This document shows positions 1 to 12,689 of a stretch of 64,000 bases of DNA, piece after piece. The position numbers and the translations under genes were made by a program. This stretch comes from Gekko japonicus (Eukaryota): NCBI RefSeq assembly GCF_001447785.1, contig NW_015164189.1, forward strand, positions 1,022,332 to 1,086,331. Reading direction: 5' to 3'. The notes under the pieces are model-generated. The model was given only the letters and a program-made list of their open reading frames with translations, was not told where the DNA came from and searched no databases. The number at the start of each line of letters is the position of its first letter. The stretch's first letter is position 1.

Positions 1-833
1 GCTGTAAATTCAAGGCATTGAGCACCAGCTCAAACGCCGTTGGTTACAGAAGCACTAGAAAACCACGATAATGTCTGATCCGGCCTTTATTTCCAAGTAG
101 ATTTGGGGCACGTGTGTGTGTTGTAAGGTTGCAGGATGCTGGTGCAGAGACTGGTGTGTGATAAAAAAAAATGGCTCAAGGCAGCCTGTTTCGCAAAAGC
201 TGCAATTTTCAAGCAATCCTCCAGAGCTGACAGTGACAAAATAGATGTCGGTAACTGCACCCCCCCTCCCAGCTCAAAATGTATTTATTGTTTAATTGCC
301 TTGGCTATTGAATCTACTCATTGCCTAACCTGGGGAACTGGCAATTGAATTCATGCTGGAGATAAACAATTGCCAATTTGCTGTATGACAGAGGAAATTA
401 TATTGACTTGTACCAGATATCACAAACAGGGATTTCTTATGGTTAATGTTTTTTCAACATAGCTGTTGAGATGGCTTCTTTATTGTAGATTATTTAACAC
501 TGGCCTTGCCAAGAAAACTGAAGTGCATTTAAAAATAGATGTTTCCTGCTTTCTTTGGAGAGGAATCCAAAGGGAATGATGTTACAAAGACACTGTCCTT
601 CCTCCGTTTTGGTTTACCTCATAATTTTTGCTGAATTATTTATCAGAGTAAGGCTTTTTCTTCATTAGCTGGAAGGATGAAAACTATTGTTTCAGAAGAC
701 AGTGGTTTAAGGAAGGAAAAAGAAATTCTGAAAGAACAGATCCCACAGTGGTCCTATAATCTGAAACAGGGGCCCCCAACCCTCGCTGAGGCACATTAGG
801 AATTTTGAGAAAAATATGGGGGGGGGGGAGAAC

Positions 834-1985
834 TATTTATTTATTTAGTTTATTTAATTTTATTTATACCCCGCCCTCCCCGCATTGCGGGCTCAGGGCG
901 GCTTACAACAGTATGGCACTCAGTGCGATAAAACAACAATAAAACAATTTAAAACACTAATACATGGGCCACGCCCAAGGATCCCGCGTAACTCAAACCC
1001 TCTCTCCCTATTGCACAACGTCAGGGGAGGTTACTGTGGCCTCCTGATGTTATTGCCACATTGGCTTCCGGCGGTGCTGTAAACAGGCCCCATTGGTGGT
1101 AGTGGTGGTGGCGGCGGCTCCTATTCGAAAGCCTGGCGGAAGAGCTCCGTCTTGCAGGCCCTGCGGAACTGCAGCAGGTCCCGCAGGGCCCTGATCTCCT
1201 CTGGGAGCTCATTCCACCAGATAGGAGCCGCCACCGAAAAGGACCTAGCCCTAGTGGCCACAAGCCTGGCCTCTTTCGGGCCCGGGATCGCGAGACGGTG
1301 TAGCGACCCCGACCGAAGTGCTCTCTGGGGTCTATGTGGGGCAAGGCGGTCCCTTAGGTATGCTGGACCCTGGCCATGTAGGGCTTTAAAGGTAAGCACC
1401 AGCACTTTGAAGCGGATCCGGTATGCTATAGGCAGCCAGTGCAGCGCTTTGAGCACAGGCTGGATGTGATCCCATTTTGAGACAACAGCAACCAGCCTGG
1501 CCGCCGCATTCTGCACTAGCTGCAGCCTCCGAATCAGCGACAAAGGCAGCCCCATGTAGAGAGCGTTGCAGTAGTCTAGCCTCGAGGTGACCGTCGCGTG
1601 GATCACTGTGGCTAGGTCTTCGCGGCTGAGAAAGGGAACCAACTGCCGCACCAGCCGAAGATGGTAAAAGGCCGCTTTGGCAGTGGCTGCAACCTGGGCC
1701 TCCATCGATAAGGTTCAGCTTCAACCAGCTCAGCCTGAGCCATCCAGACACGGCCTGCAACGCCTGGTGCAGATCTTCTGGAGCGGAATCCGACTGGCCA
1801 CCCAACTTCAGATAGAGGTGGGTGTCATCAGCATATTGATGACACCCAAGCCCATACCTCCGGACTATCTGGGCGAGGGGGCGCATATAGATATTAAATA
1901 GCATCGGGGAGAGAACCGCCCCCTGAGGCACACCGCATTCGAGCGGGTCATTGAAGAGCGAGCCCCTGAATCCCCACGTCGGCAA
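834..1985 (-). mobile_element. L2 LINE, 5'-truncated (RT C-terminal half plus 3' UTR)
   Basis: GVPQGAVLSPMLFNIY and HQYADD motifs; SRLDYCNALYMGLP...LQLVQNAAARLV...LHWLP motifs typical of L2; (TAAA)n-like tail at 834-866. Confidence 0.9.
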
Positions 1986-2290
1986 GGCGGCGGGCCAGCA
2001 ACTATCTTTCCAACCACCCTTCCATCATCTATCTCCCTCCTGATCTGGGTAGCCCAGGCTAGGCTGAACTTGTTAGATCTTGGGAACTTTGCTAAATCCT
2101 ATGTCAGTATTAGAAACGATGCTGGCTTAAGTCCAATTTACCATAAATATCTGGACATTTGATATTGTCCCTTGTGTTCAGTTTTCAGTCCTCAGAGGAA
2201 ACAGAGCCTCCAGGAGGTTGGGTAGGGGTTAAGGACTCCTCTAGACTCTTGTAAGTGCAAGGAACTCTGCACATGCACTGAGGAACCTGC

Positions 2291-2630
2291 TATTTATTTA
2301 TTTTCATTACATTTATACCCTGTACTTCCTGCGAATGGACTCAGGGCGGCTTACATGAGCACGAAGTGAATATATATAATTACAAGACATAAAATGAATA
2401 AAAACAATTTAAGCGATTTAAGAGATGAGATCAGCCTACATTACAGGCCCTGCGGAACTGCAAAATGTCCCACAGGGCCCTGATCTCCTCCAGGAGCTTG
2501 TTCCACCAGATAGGAGCCGCCACTGAAAAGGACCTGGCCCTTGTTGCAGCAAGCTTGGCCTCCTTAGGGCCCGGGGTCACCAGCCGGTGTTGTGACCCCA
2601 ACTGAAGTGCTCTTTGGGGAATATGTGGTA
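2291..2630 (-). mobile_element. L2 3' fragment
   Basis: Similar to 1150-1340 plus the TTTA-rich tail. Confidence 0.8.
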
Positions 2631-2949
2631 ATGTGTGTTTAGCTTAGTTAGTTCAACTGCATTGCTTGTAGCCAGCCAATCAGTTTAATGACAAGTGGGG
2701 ATTTCAACCTGGATCTTCCAGTCCTGGTACAGCACTGCAATCCAACATTGAGTTACTCTGGCTAAGCACATTTGATCTCAGTGGGTTTATGGTGCAATCC
2801 TAAACAGGTCTACTCAGACTCCTACTCAGGTCTATTCCTACCATTTGTTGGGCATTTTGCTAAGTCCTCAGCAACTGAAGACATATTACTTGAATGTCTC
2901 TCATCAAAGCAAGGTATGGATTATCCAAAGTACATTATTGGCAAGGGTA

Positions 2950-3620
2950 AGAAAGTATGAAGACCAGGTCTCAGTTTATTTTTCTTTTTGGTTCTTAACT
3001 TATTAGTTTTAAGCAGATTACTAAAACATAGAAAAAGCTAGACACCATTTGAATGGCTGTGAAAATCTATCACAGATGCATACAATTTCACAGCTAAAAG
3101 AGTGATAGGTCTGCTATTATCTTCTAATAAAAGAGGGTAATGTCTCCATATGATCTATATCTTGGAGCAAAGGAAGAATAAAAAGGTTTCTAGGCTCAGA
3201 AAAATAATCGCATTCAAAGGTCACGTGATCTTGGGTGTCTACACTACCTGTACTACAGTCGCATACTTTCTCAGAGTATAGATTCAGGTGGGGAGCCATG
3301 TTGGTCTGAAGCAACAGAACAAAACTTTGAGCCCAGCAGCACCTTTAAGATCAACAAAGTTTAATTCTGGGTATAAGCTTCAGTCAATCCGAGTATGGTA
3401 TGTTAAGATACCTCCTTAGATGGTCAGGCATTAAGGTGCGCCAACAGTCAATCTGAGTATGGTATGTTAAGATACCTCCTTTGTAAAACTCTAGATGGTC
3501 AGGCATTAAGGTGCGCCAACAGTGAGGAAGTCAAATATGAACAGTACTCAAGAGCTCTCCAGGTGGAAGAATATCAGCAAACTGAGTAGAGCAAACCTGT
3601 TGTGCTGTACAGATTGTACC
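2950..3620 (-). mobile_element. Degenerate non-LTR retrotransposon 3' end (CCHC knuckle; clade uncertain, RTE-X-like)
   Basis: Minus-strand peptides ...LAHLNA*PSRVLQRRYLNIPYSD... and CDCSTGSVDTQDHVTFECDYFSEPRNLFILPLL. Interrupted by a Penelope-LTR-like fragment at about 3260-3380. Confidence 0.55.
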
Positions 3621-4284
3621 GTTATAATCATACTTAAAGAGGCGTTTCTGAATCATTCTTATGGCTTCCTGTCCAGTAATTCAATAAAGGGAGTCTGAGG
3701 AAAGACTGAAGAGCTGTAGTCATTGATTGAGGAGCTGTAGTCATTGTAAAAGAAGAAGGGGATAGCAAAGGATGAGATGGTTAGACAGTGTTATCGATGC
3801 AACAAACATGAAATTAAGCAAACTCCGGAGGACAACGAAAGACAGGGGGGCCTAGTGTGATGTGGTCCATGGCGTTGCGAAGAGTCGGACTTGACGGTGC
3901 GAATGAACACCAACAAGTTATTGCTCGACAAGTTCATCTCAGTGGGATACATAAGAGTCCTCTCTGACTGCTCTGAGATAGCTCTCTTGGATGTCAGAAT
4001 GTAGAATTCTAACTTCAGCCAAGCCCAAGCTTCAAGAGATTCTAATTTTAGCACGACAACTGAGCCCCAGGCCGTGTGAAGTGACGATGAAGAAAAGGCA
4101 ACTCTGCGCTTGGGCAGAGCACTTTCTCCTGGACACGAGTCACCCGTTTCCCAGGCTGCAGAATTAAAGAGGAGATCCAGGGAGAGTAGCATGGATTCTC
4201 CTGCTGGGCTGAAGGCCCTGACCCTTCTTTCAGAAATAAGATGGAGAGTTTTTTCCTTTTCCTATCTTAACAAAGCCCTGATTT

Positions 4285-4712
4285 AGATGGTCCGGGGAAG
4301 CCCAATCTCATCAGCTCTTGCAAGGTCAGCCCTGGTTAGTCCTTGGATGGGGGACCACCAAGCAGTGTTCTCTCTCAAGCTGAGTTAGTGTGAGTTACCT
4401 CACAGTTTTTTAGCCTCCAGCTCACATTTTTTGAGACACTTTTGTCTTAGCTCAGGAAGGAGGGCTCCAGAGCAAACTAATTTATGCAGTAGCCAAACCA
4501 CTTGCTCACAATTTTAATGCCAGTAGCCCAGAAAGTAGAATTTTTGCTCACAAGACTCCACAGCTTAGAGAGCATTGCCACCAAGGAAATCCAGGGCTTC
4601 TGTGCAGAGGCAGGCAATGGCAACCCACCTCTGTTCATCTCTTGCCCTGAAAGCCCCAAGAGTGGTTGCCATAAATCAGCTACGACATGATGGCGCTTTC
4701 CACTACCACCAC
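4285..4712 (+). mobile_element. 5S rRNA-derived SINE (5S-Sauria-like), split by a hAT MITE
   Basis: 5S-like head (GGTCAGCCCTGGTTAGTCCTTGGATGGGGGACC) and an RTE/Sauria-like tail; same family as 8520-8700. Confidence 0.7.
4363..4577. mobile_element. hAT-type MITE
   Basis: 8-bp TSD CCACCAAG (4355-4362 and 4578-4585); imperfect TIRs CAGTGTTCTCTCT...AGAGAGCATTG. Confidence 0.85.
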
Positions 4713-5974
4713 ATCAAAAGATGCTTCGTGAGAGACTGCAAAAGCTTTTGCACAAAACGATGAAGCAGAAGTTTTGTCTTGAATGCACAAAAACCCAGAT
4801 CAAGGGCACATTTTTCTGATAATTTTGCACAGCGCATGTATGAGTTTACACACTCAGTTCTGTGACTTGAAACTGAAGAGCAGATGCCCATTCATTCGAA
4901 AAGAACCGCTACACGATTGGTTAAACAGATCTCCTCCCTGCAACCAAGTAGGGGAGGCCCCTTTCAGAATCTTGGGAAGAAGAACCTAGAGAGAAGCAGC
5001 TGATAACCGAAGAATGAAAGAAGGATGACAGTTGAAGAAATAACAGTTGAGGCTCTGGCTGCATACGGAGAGGTCCATGTGAAAGGAACCCACTGGAAGC
5101 AGAAAAAGAATCAGAGGTAGGTGGCAGGGCAGGGGGGTCAACGGAGTTCCGCCCCCGGACCTAAGACCTAGGCAGAAAAGACGAGAGCAGAGTTTGGTGC
5201 TGCTATCCTGTTTCACCAACAGCTGGATACAGTAGGAGAGTGATGGGGCCTGCGAACTGGGGGTACAGGCAGCCTCCACAGAGAATCAAGCCAGCAACAA
5301 CAGCAAATTAAAAAAAATTATTTGATTTAAAACATTTGTTAGCCGCCTTTCTTCCTTGAGGAGCTCAAGGTGGCCTGTGCGTGTACAAATGACTCACGGT
5401 GACCCCAGCAAGGGGCTCTCAAGGCAAGTGAGAAGCAGAGGTGGTTTGTTGCTGCCTTCCTCGAGTCTTCCTGGGGGGGGGGGGGTCTCCCTTCCACCTG
5501 ACCCTGCTTAGATTGGGCTATATCATGCTGCCTTCCCTCCCCAAGGTGGCTTGCAGTATAAAAAATACATAAAGTACATAAAAATACATGAAACCAAATT
5601 TTTTAAAATTATAATTCTTAAGGGGTTGATCATTCAGCCTAACATGTCCCTCAGGGATGATAGGAAGTGGAAGATGCATTGAAGAAACCCCATCCAGGAT
5701 GCTGGGCTCTCTTGGAGGAAAGGCAGTCTGTGACGAATTCAATCATGTTAAGACTCCCAAAAGGAGTTTACAGGCTATGACCAGACCCCAACAAAGTCTA
5801 TGGTATCTTCTGGTGATTGTAGATCTTGTCTCATTTTTCTTTAAGTTATTCAAACCAAAGTTTTTTTAAAAAGCATTGCTGAAGATTTGCGGAAACAGCA
5901 GGAGTCAACCAAACATCAGGCAGGTCAGTAACTTAGTAAAGATTTTTTTGTACCTGAGTCCCCCACAATGTGAA

Positions 5975-6512
5975 CTAATGCCGTGTTGGCCCGAAGCAGC
6001 AGAACAAAGTTTAAGACCAACAAAGTTTTATTCAAGGTATAAGCGTTGGTGTGCATGCGAAAGTGCACATGTGTCCAAAAGCTTATACCCAGAATATTTA
6101 TTTATTTAGGCATTTTTACCCCGCCCTCCCCGCGAGCAGGCTCAGGGCGGCTTACAAGGGGCATAAGCCCATACATAAAACCAGATAAAACAATAAAATC
6201 ATGAATAATAACAATAATAAAGTGCTTTCTGCAAACAAGATGGTCTTTGAGTGGTATTGATGGCATCAGTCATTTCCTTAAATCCTTCCCTTGGGGTGAT
6301 ACTGTCCAGTAGATAGTTCAAGCCAATCCCACAATGTCAGTACCATACAATTCATGGCGGAACTTCCAAGGGCGGTTCCTAATCCCGATGTTATCGCCAC
6401 CATTGGTGGTGGTGGTGGCGGCCCCTATGTGAAAGCCTGGCGGAGCTTGCAGGCCCTGCACATAAAACTTTGTTGATCTTAAATGGTGCAAACCGGACTC
6501 AAATTTTGGTCT
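5975..6512. mobile_element. Palindromic Penelope-LTR-derived element interrupted by an L2 3' fragment (about 6097-6460)
   Basis: TTTAAGACCAACAAAGTTTTAT and ATAAAACTTTGTTGATCTTAAA inverted arms; the insert matches the L2 3' end at 834-1170. Confidence 0.55.
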
Positions 6513-6999
6513 GACGTTTTAATAATTTATTTATTTTATTTATGTATTCCTTCGATTTATATACCGCTCACCCCCTAAGGGCGATGAGCGGTTTACATTA
6601 TACAATTCCTACCTAAGGGCCACACATACAATGGACTAACCTAACAGGCACCCTATAGCGAAGTCTTGTTGTTATAGTCTCTCTGCGGGAGGTCTTTTCC
6701 AATCCGGTGATGGGGTCTTCCTGGCGCAGGTCTTCCTTCGGTCGCGCCATTCCTCGGGCTTGGGCCAAGGGCACATCAGCAAGTGCTCCTGCTGCGGCCT
6801 TCTGATAAGGCGATTAGGTGCTCCAAGAACCAGTGGCTTTTTAAATTTAAAATGTTATTTTTACTTCCCTCTGAGCAGGGGTTCAGTGATCCCATTCTTT
6901 TAGATGGGGGAGCTTTATGTTCAGCTTCGTTAAAACGCTTGACTTTCGCTGGGTGGCATCCCTGCCTCCTCCGAAGAAACTGTTTTTGCTTGCTGGCAG

Positions 7000-8200
7000 T
7001 TTACCTCTGCAGGGAACGTGGAGCGGGCAGGAGGAAGGGTGTTGGGGCTTTTCGACGGACTTGGCCGTGCGGACTTAGGCGCGGAGGGGGGGACGGGGAC
7101 GCTCACTAAACGTCCTCCCTCCTCCCCGCCCTCACCTGGCCGGGTTCTGCGGCAGTTTGGCGGGCTCGCGTGACGTCAGGCCAGGCCACGCCCCCGCACA
7201 CCTTCCCCACCCTCCTCCGCCTTCTGCCACCCTCCCCCGCCCATGTGACTGCGACATCCGGGTCACCTGTGGGCGGGGCTAGGCAGCCCCCCCACCTCCC
7301 GCTCCGGGAGGGAAGGGCGGAGTCACGTGTTGGTGGCGGGACCGGGTTGGGCGGGCCGGCGAGGGCGTGTGTGTGTGCGCGCGCGCGCGCCAGGGATTCG
7401 GGCGCGCGCGCCGGAGAGCGGGCTGAGGCGTCGGTCGGGATGGGGGACCGTTAACGCCTNNNNNNNNNNNNNNNNNNNNNNNNNNNNNNNNNNNNNNNNN
7501 NNNNNNNNNNNNNNNNNNNNNNNNNNNNNNNNNNNNNNNNNNNNNNNNNNNNNNNNNNNNNNNNNNNNNNNNNNNNNNNNNNNNNNNNNNNNNNNNNNNN
7601 NNNNNNNNNNNNNNNNNNNNNNNNNNNNNNNNNNNNNNNNNNNNNNNNNNNNNNNNNNNNNNNNNNNNNNNNNNNNNNNNNNNNNNNNNNNNNNNNNNNN
7701 NNNNNNNNNNNNNNNNNNNNNNNNNNNNNNNNNNNNNNNNNNNNNNNNNNNNNNNNNNNNNNNNNNNNNNNNNNNNNNNNNNNNNNNNNNNNNNNNNNNN
7801 NNNNNNNNNNNNNNNNNNNNNNNNNNNNNNNNNNNNNNNNNNNNNNNNNNNNNNNNNNNNNNNNNNNNNNNNNNNNNNNNNNNNNNNNNNNNNNNNNNNN
7901 NNNNNNNNNNNNNNNNNNNNNNNNNNNNNNNNNNNNNGGGGGGGGCGAACGACGACGGGACCGGGTTTCCTCGCGGCCGGGGCTGTGTTCCTGGGGACGA
8001 GCCCGGGCCAGGAGGGAGGCGGGGGTCCTCCCCTGCATTTTTAACCTTCTGCCTGTCCGCAGAGGGCCGTCAAGCTGGGCCGCCTTATAAATCCCGGCGG
8101 CAGCAGCCCCCTCGTGGGGTTTCCACGGCGGGAGGAGTCGAGAGGCGGTTTGCCGTCGCCTGTCTCTGCGTAGCAACCCTGGACTTCCCTGTTGGTCTCC
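7000..8200 (+). promoter_or_regulatory. CpG island, likely GALNT1 promoter and non-coding exon 1 (partly in the N gap 7460-7937)
   Basis: Very GC- and CpG-rich non-repeat stretch. Contains a full CRE TGACGTCA (7171-7178), KLF/SP boxes (GGCCACGCCCCC near 7184, GGGCGGGG near 7271) and GTCACGTG (7322-7329). It lies upstream of a coding exon that begins with a splice acceptor. Confidence 0.75.
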
Positions 8201-8274
8201 CGTCCAAGGACTGACCCTTCTGAGATCTGGCCACCCACGTCGGGGGGTTATTATATAGGCCATCATGTCTGTTA

Positions 8275-8505
8275 GGTATTACCTTTGCTTACACTCTGCC
8301 TTTCTCTTCAGCGGGAACCCGGGGCAGGTTGTGTTGGTTTCCTTTTCTTCCTTCTCTCCTCACAACAATCCTGGGAGGTATGGTATGTAAGGTGGAGAGT
8401 GTGTGACTGGTCCAGGGTCACCCAGCAAGCTTCTGTGTTACTGGGTGGGTGGGTTCGGACATGGGTCCCACTTGGACGTTGTAACCAGTCAACCACACTG
8501 GCTCA
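8275..8505 (-). mobile_element. tRNA-derived SINE (Squam3-like), degenerate
   Basis: Similar to the 28630-28905 SINE. Confidence 0.55.
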
Positions 8506-8519
8506 TGTAGGTACATAAT

Positions 8520-8700
8520 AACCTGGATGGTCCAATCTTGTTCGATCTCAGCAGCTAAGTAGGGTCGGGCCTGCTTAGTACTTGGATGGGAGACCACCAA
8601 GGAAGTCCAGGGTCGCCACGCAGAGGCACCTATGAACATCTCTTGCCTTGAAAACCCCATGATGGTCATCATAAATTGGCTGCCACTTGATGGCAAGAAA
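8520..8700 (+). mobile_element. 5S rRNA-derived SINE (5S-Sauria-like)
   Basis: GATCTCAGCAGCTAAGTAGGGTCGGGCCTGCTTAGTACTTGGATGGGAGACC closely resembles the 5S rRNA A/IE/C box region; tail is CTTGCCTTGAAAACCCC. Other copies near 2040, 5380-5510 (-), 8130-8230 (-) and 35595-35785 (-). Confidence 0.8.
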
Positions 8701-8880
8701 GGGCAGTGTAGTGGTTAGGCTGGGAGACACAGGTTTTGAATCTCCAATCAGTCATTGAAAGTTGCTGGTTGACCTTAGGCTCATGCTCTCAACCTCACCT
8801 ACCTCACAGGATTGTTGTGGTGAGATTAGGAGAGAGGAGACGTCGTGTTGTGTGCTTTGGGAAGAAAACCCAGGGTATCA
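8701..8880 (+). mobile_element. tRNA-derived SINE (Squam3-like)
   Basis: GTGTAGTGGTTAG A box; CCTACCTCACAGGATTGTTGTGG body. Further copies at about 11560-11755 and 43125-43360. Confidence 0.6.
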
Positions 8881-11184
8881 ACAAAGCACCTCGTACACAG
8901 ACCAACTAAGTTGTGTCCTGTATGTATTTCCTTGAAAGGAAGATTCATTATGTTCAGTGAGGCTTACTCCAGAATAAATGTACGTTAGTGCTGCAAAGTA
9001 TCTGAGCCAACCTGTGCCCACAAGTTACTTCAGTGCTGAATTTCTGAACTTCTCGTTTTTTATCAGCTCTCTTAAAAAATTTCCTCTAGCATATAAGTGT
9101 TCTTCCCCTTCTTCTCCTTTTTCTTTGTATGACTGTAATGGTGTAGGCTAAGCAAATAGTCTGTTGTGCATTGTGTGCCTTTCCCCTCTGCTTTTTGATG
9201 ACTGGAAATTTGTATTTCCTTCAATCTACCCTGTGGGCTTTCTGTGTCAGTATTGGAAGGGTGCTGGGGATTACTTTTAATTGGGCAGTTTAATACCTAG
9301 CGTCAGCAGGATGTAACATATAAATATACTGGATGACATCCATCACCGAAGTTGTAACTGATTACCTAGCCATTGTTAAAGTGTAATTAGTTTTTTTTAA
9401 GTTTATTTACAGTCCACCTTTCTGAGACTCAAGGCAGATTACTAAATATAAAACACACCTAGATCAGACAGCACAAGACAGCAATAATGCAGCAGATCTA
9501 GGATTACAAAATTTAGGATACAATGCAAACAGAAAACTCTGTAAAGCATTACAACAGTAAACAATGCTGAAAGTGGAGTGCAGAGTTACAAGACAGTGCA
9601 GTAGAAGTAAGATGAAACCTACAGTGAACATTGTGACAGGCTATACCCTTGTAAAAGCACATTCCTGGGCAGTTCCATTGTATTGCAATTCTGATCCCTT
9701 TATGAAAATGCATTTTAGTTATGCACATCCTGCCAAATGATAGAAGTGTGGCAGCTTTAGTGGAGAATACATGGCAGGGTCGTTCCACAAGGTGGGAGCC
9801 ATAGTGGAGAATGCATGGATATGGGGAGTTGATAAGGTCTGTTCACATGGATAAAGTATTTTACTTAGTACTGAGACAGCCTTAAGAACAAGTTTTTGCT
9901 TTTGACAGAGGGCCTTGAACTCTTTAAACTGTGCGTGAATTGCAGTGACCCCTTAGAATGTTGTGTTTGTGAGGTTTTTTGTGAATGCAGAATTTTTTCT
10001 TTTCTCAAAAGAGTGTCTTGTAAATGTGGCCGGATTTTCCAGCTTGCAGGGTCTAATTACTTTTGGCAGTGTTTGAAACTAGAAGGCATGAGAACGTCAG
10101 ATAAAGGCGGGCTGCTCATACACTAACTGCTGTACCGAATGATTTTTGAGGCAGTGAAAAGGTGACCCAGAAAAGCTTGTCCTCTCAAGTGTGCTGGGTC
10201 TCGGTATGAATTTTAAACGCACAGTTATGCAAACTGTGTTATTTAGTTAAATATATATCATTTCATGTAATTGTTTTTCCAGTGGCAGCACAACGTAATG
10301 TCTTTTGCTTATGGCAGAAGAAAACAATTCTGGAGATGTTGGGATACAGCAATTTTGGTAATAGGACTTGGCAGTCTTAAAGTATAAGTGCCTTAGGAAG
10401 CGTTCCTAAGCATGTCTGCTCAGAAGTCCCGGGTTACTCAATTGGGAATACTTGCAGAAAGCATCCTTGCACTCCTGGGGAGTAGTCCTGAGCAGGCCCA
10501 TTCATTTTGTTCAGTAGGGCTTACTCCCAGGAAAATGATGGTGGTGTGTCATTCTAAGTGGGCCTACTCAAAATTAAGTTCCATTTTAGTCAGTGGGGCT
10601 TACTCCCGGGAAAGTGTTCCTGGAATGCAGCCTTAGTTTTCTGTAAGCTGTTCTAGTTTAGCATGTCTTCGTTTTTTCCATCTGAGAGGCAGGAAAAAAA
10701 ATACAAGTTGAAAATAGAATACACAAATCTTGTTGTAAATATCCCCCCTCCCCATTTTACATAGTCGCAATGTGACTGGCTACGTATTTGGGTATCAAGC
10801 TGAACTTTATAATGCTGAAAACACTGAACTCTTAAAAAAATGTGTTACACTTATTACACTTATTACACAAATTAACTAGCAACAAAATTAGTTATCTTTA
10901 GATCACTGAAAGTATGTCTGTATACAAGAACCAACCATTATCTAATGCCATTTGTTTTCTGTTCAACATTTCATACACTCCAAAAGAGAATTCATGAGTT
11001 TTTTCTGTGTTCCCCAAAATGTCCAGATTTCCACGGCGGGGGGGGGGGGGATCTATTTATGAAAATCCTTTTTCCTGGGCTTTCACTTCTCCTATTCAGA
11101 TAATGTCACCACCCTCAGATAGTCTTTTAATCTAACAGTGCTATAATTTTGTGAAATTTCTGGAGTGCGAAGGAGAACAAACTG

Positions 11185-11322
11185 TTAGCAGCTCTCCAGG
11201 GTCTGAGACTGAGGTCTTTCACATAATCTGTGACCTGATCCTTACTGGAAATGCCGGGGATCAAACTGGGACCTTCTGCATGCAAAGGAGATACTCTACC
11301 ACTGAGCCACAGTCCCTCCTCA
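11185..11322 (-). mobile_element. tRNA-Cys-like SINE head (Sauria/Squam-type)
   Basis: Minus strand reads GGCTCAGTGGTAGAG...TTGCATGCAGAAGGTCCCAGTTTGATCCCCGGCATTTCCA (A and B boxes), followed by a non-tRNA body. Confidence 0.65.
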
Positions 11323-12689
11323 CAAATTCTTATGTTCATTGCTGTTATTTTTTTCATAGCTTTCAGCACTGCTATGCATAATTTATAACTGACTGAGGTC
11401 TGCAAGGCATGGATGTGCATAATTATAATATGTATAACTAACTTGAGTGTATTAGCGAGGGGTCCACTTGGATGACCATGGTTCTGTATGTACATTTACT
11501 TCTCTCATTCCAAGGTCGGCACTGTGAGTGAAGGAAATTCCCATAAGGATGGTGGTACAGCTGCTGTGGTGTGAGAGTCCTGGGCTAGAATCCTGGAGAT
11601 CCCAGTTTGACTCCCCGCTCTGCCATGCTAGTCACACTCACTCAACCTAACCTGCCTCACAGAGTTGTTGTGAGGATAAAACGGAGAGCAAAACAATGCT
11701 AAGCTGCTTTGGATCTCCAGTGGGAGAAATGTGGGACATAGATGAAGTTTATAAATAGTATAGTCATAAAAAACTTGAGCCTGGCAACACACTGTGAGCT
11801 ATTCTACCATTTCAAAGTTGTTTGCGGATTTGTAGATGGTGGGGAAATTACTTAAGAGCTAATTGTATTTCAGTCTGCATTATTAAATGAGGCAATTAAT
11901 TAATCTTCAGGGGGAAAAATCAGTCGACTGACTTTTGTCTGAAAACAGCAAGATAGAAAAATTGGAGTTCAAAGATTGGATTATATGCCTTATAAAATTT
12001 TGGATAGCTTTATAGTGATTTTTTTTGTCAAGTTATAATTTAATGTCTAGTATTTGATTAGGAAGTAATTTGTCTTTGCAGGCTGGGATAGTTCAAGCAT
12101 TAGTATAGCAGTCTTTACGGGGCTCCTCCATGATGTTTCTCTGTGCAACATCAAGAGTTCACATTGCAGCAATCACTAGCTGTTGTGACGTTACTAGGTA
12201 TCCTTTTAAAACAAGCAGTCTGAACCAACAAGGTCTCTTTGTTGTGACCTCCTAAGTTCAGTGAGACTCTTTTTGGAGTAGTACGCTTACCATGGAACAT
12301 TAACTGCTTATGATCTGATCCACAAATGGGTGATTATATGCTCACGGGGTGGGGGAAATTTGGTTTCCACAATTCTATTTCTTAATAACTAACAGTTGAT
12401 GACTACATATTGTAGTTCAGTATTTCAGTAATATTTTAACAAATGAACATCGGTGGGAATAGAATAGCATCTGCTTAGTCATGATCTCAGATCATGACCT
12501 TGGGACTCCTGTATCCCATTCTCTTTATGTGTGAAGACATTGATCCAGTATCAGTTTATCTTCTTGTTTGTATGTACTGTAGTAAGGTTGTAAATGGAAG
12601 GGTGTTCAAATTATTCAGCATCTTAGGTTTCCTTTAGAACCCATACAGAGTTTGATGATTAAGGGGGAATGACTCATAAAACAACTTTT

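Noticed and set aside
7327-8266. Long ORFs crossing the CpG island
   Set aside because: Their length comes from the N gap; no recognisable protein.
8520-8620. 5S rRNA gene
   Set aside because: Both 5S ends are missing or diverged and it continues into a SINE tail; diverged copies are dispersed through the window.
11245-11320. tRNA-Cys gene
   Set aside because: Stems are imperfect and a SINE body follows, so it is a SINE head.
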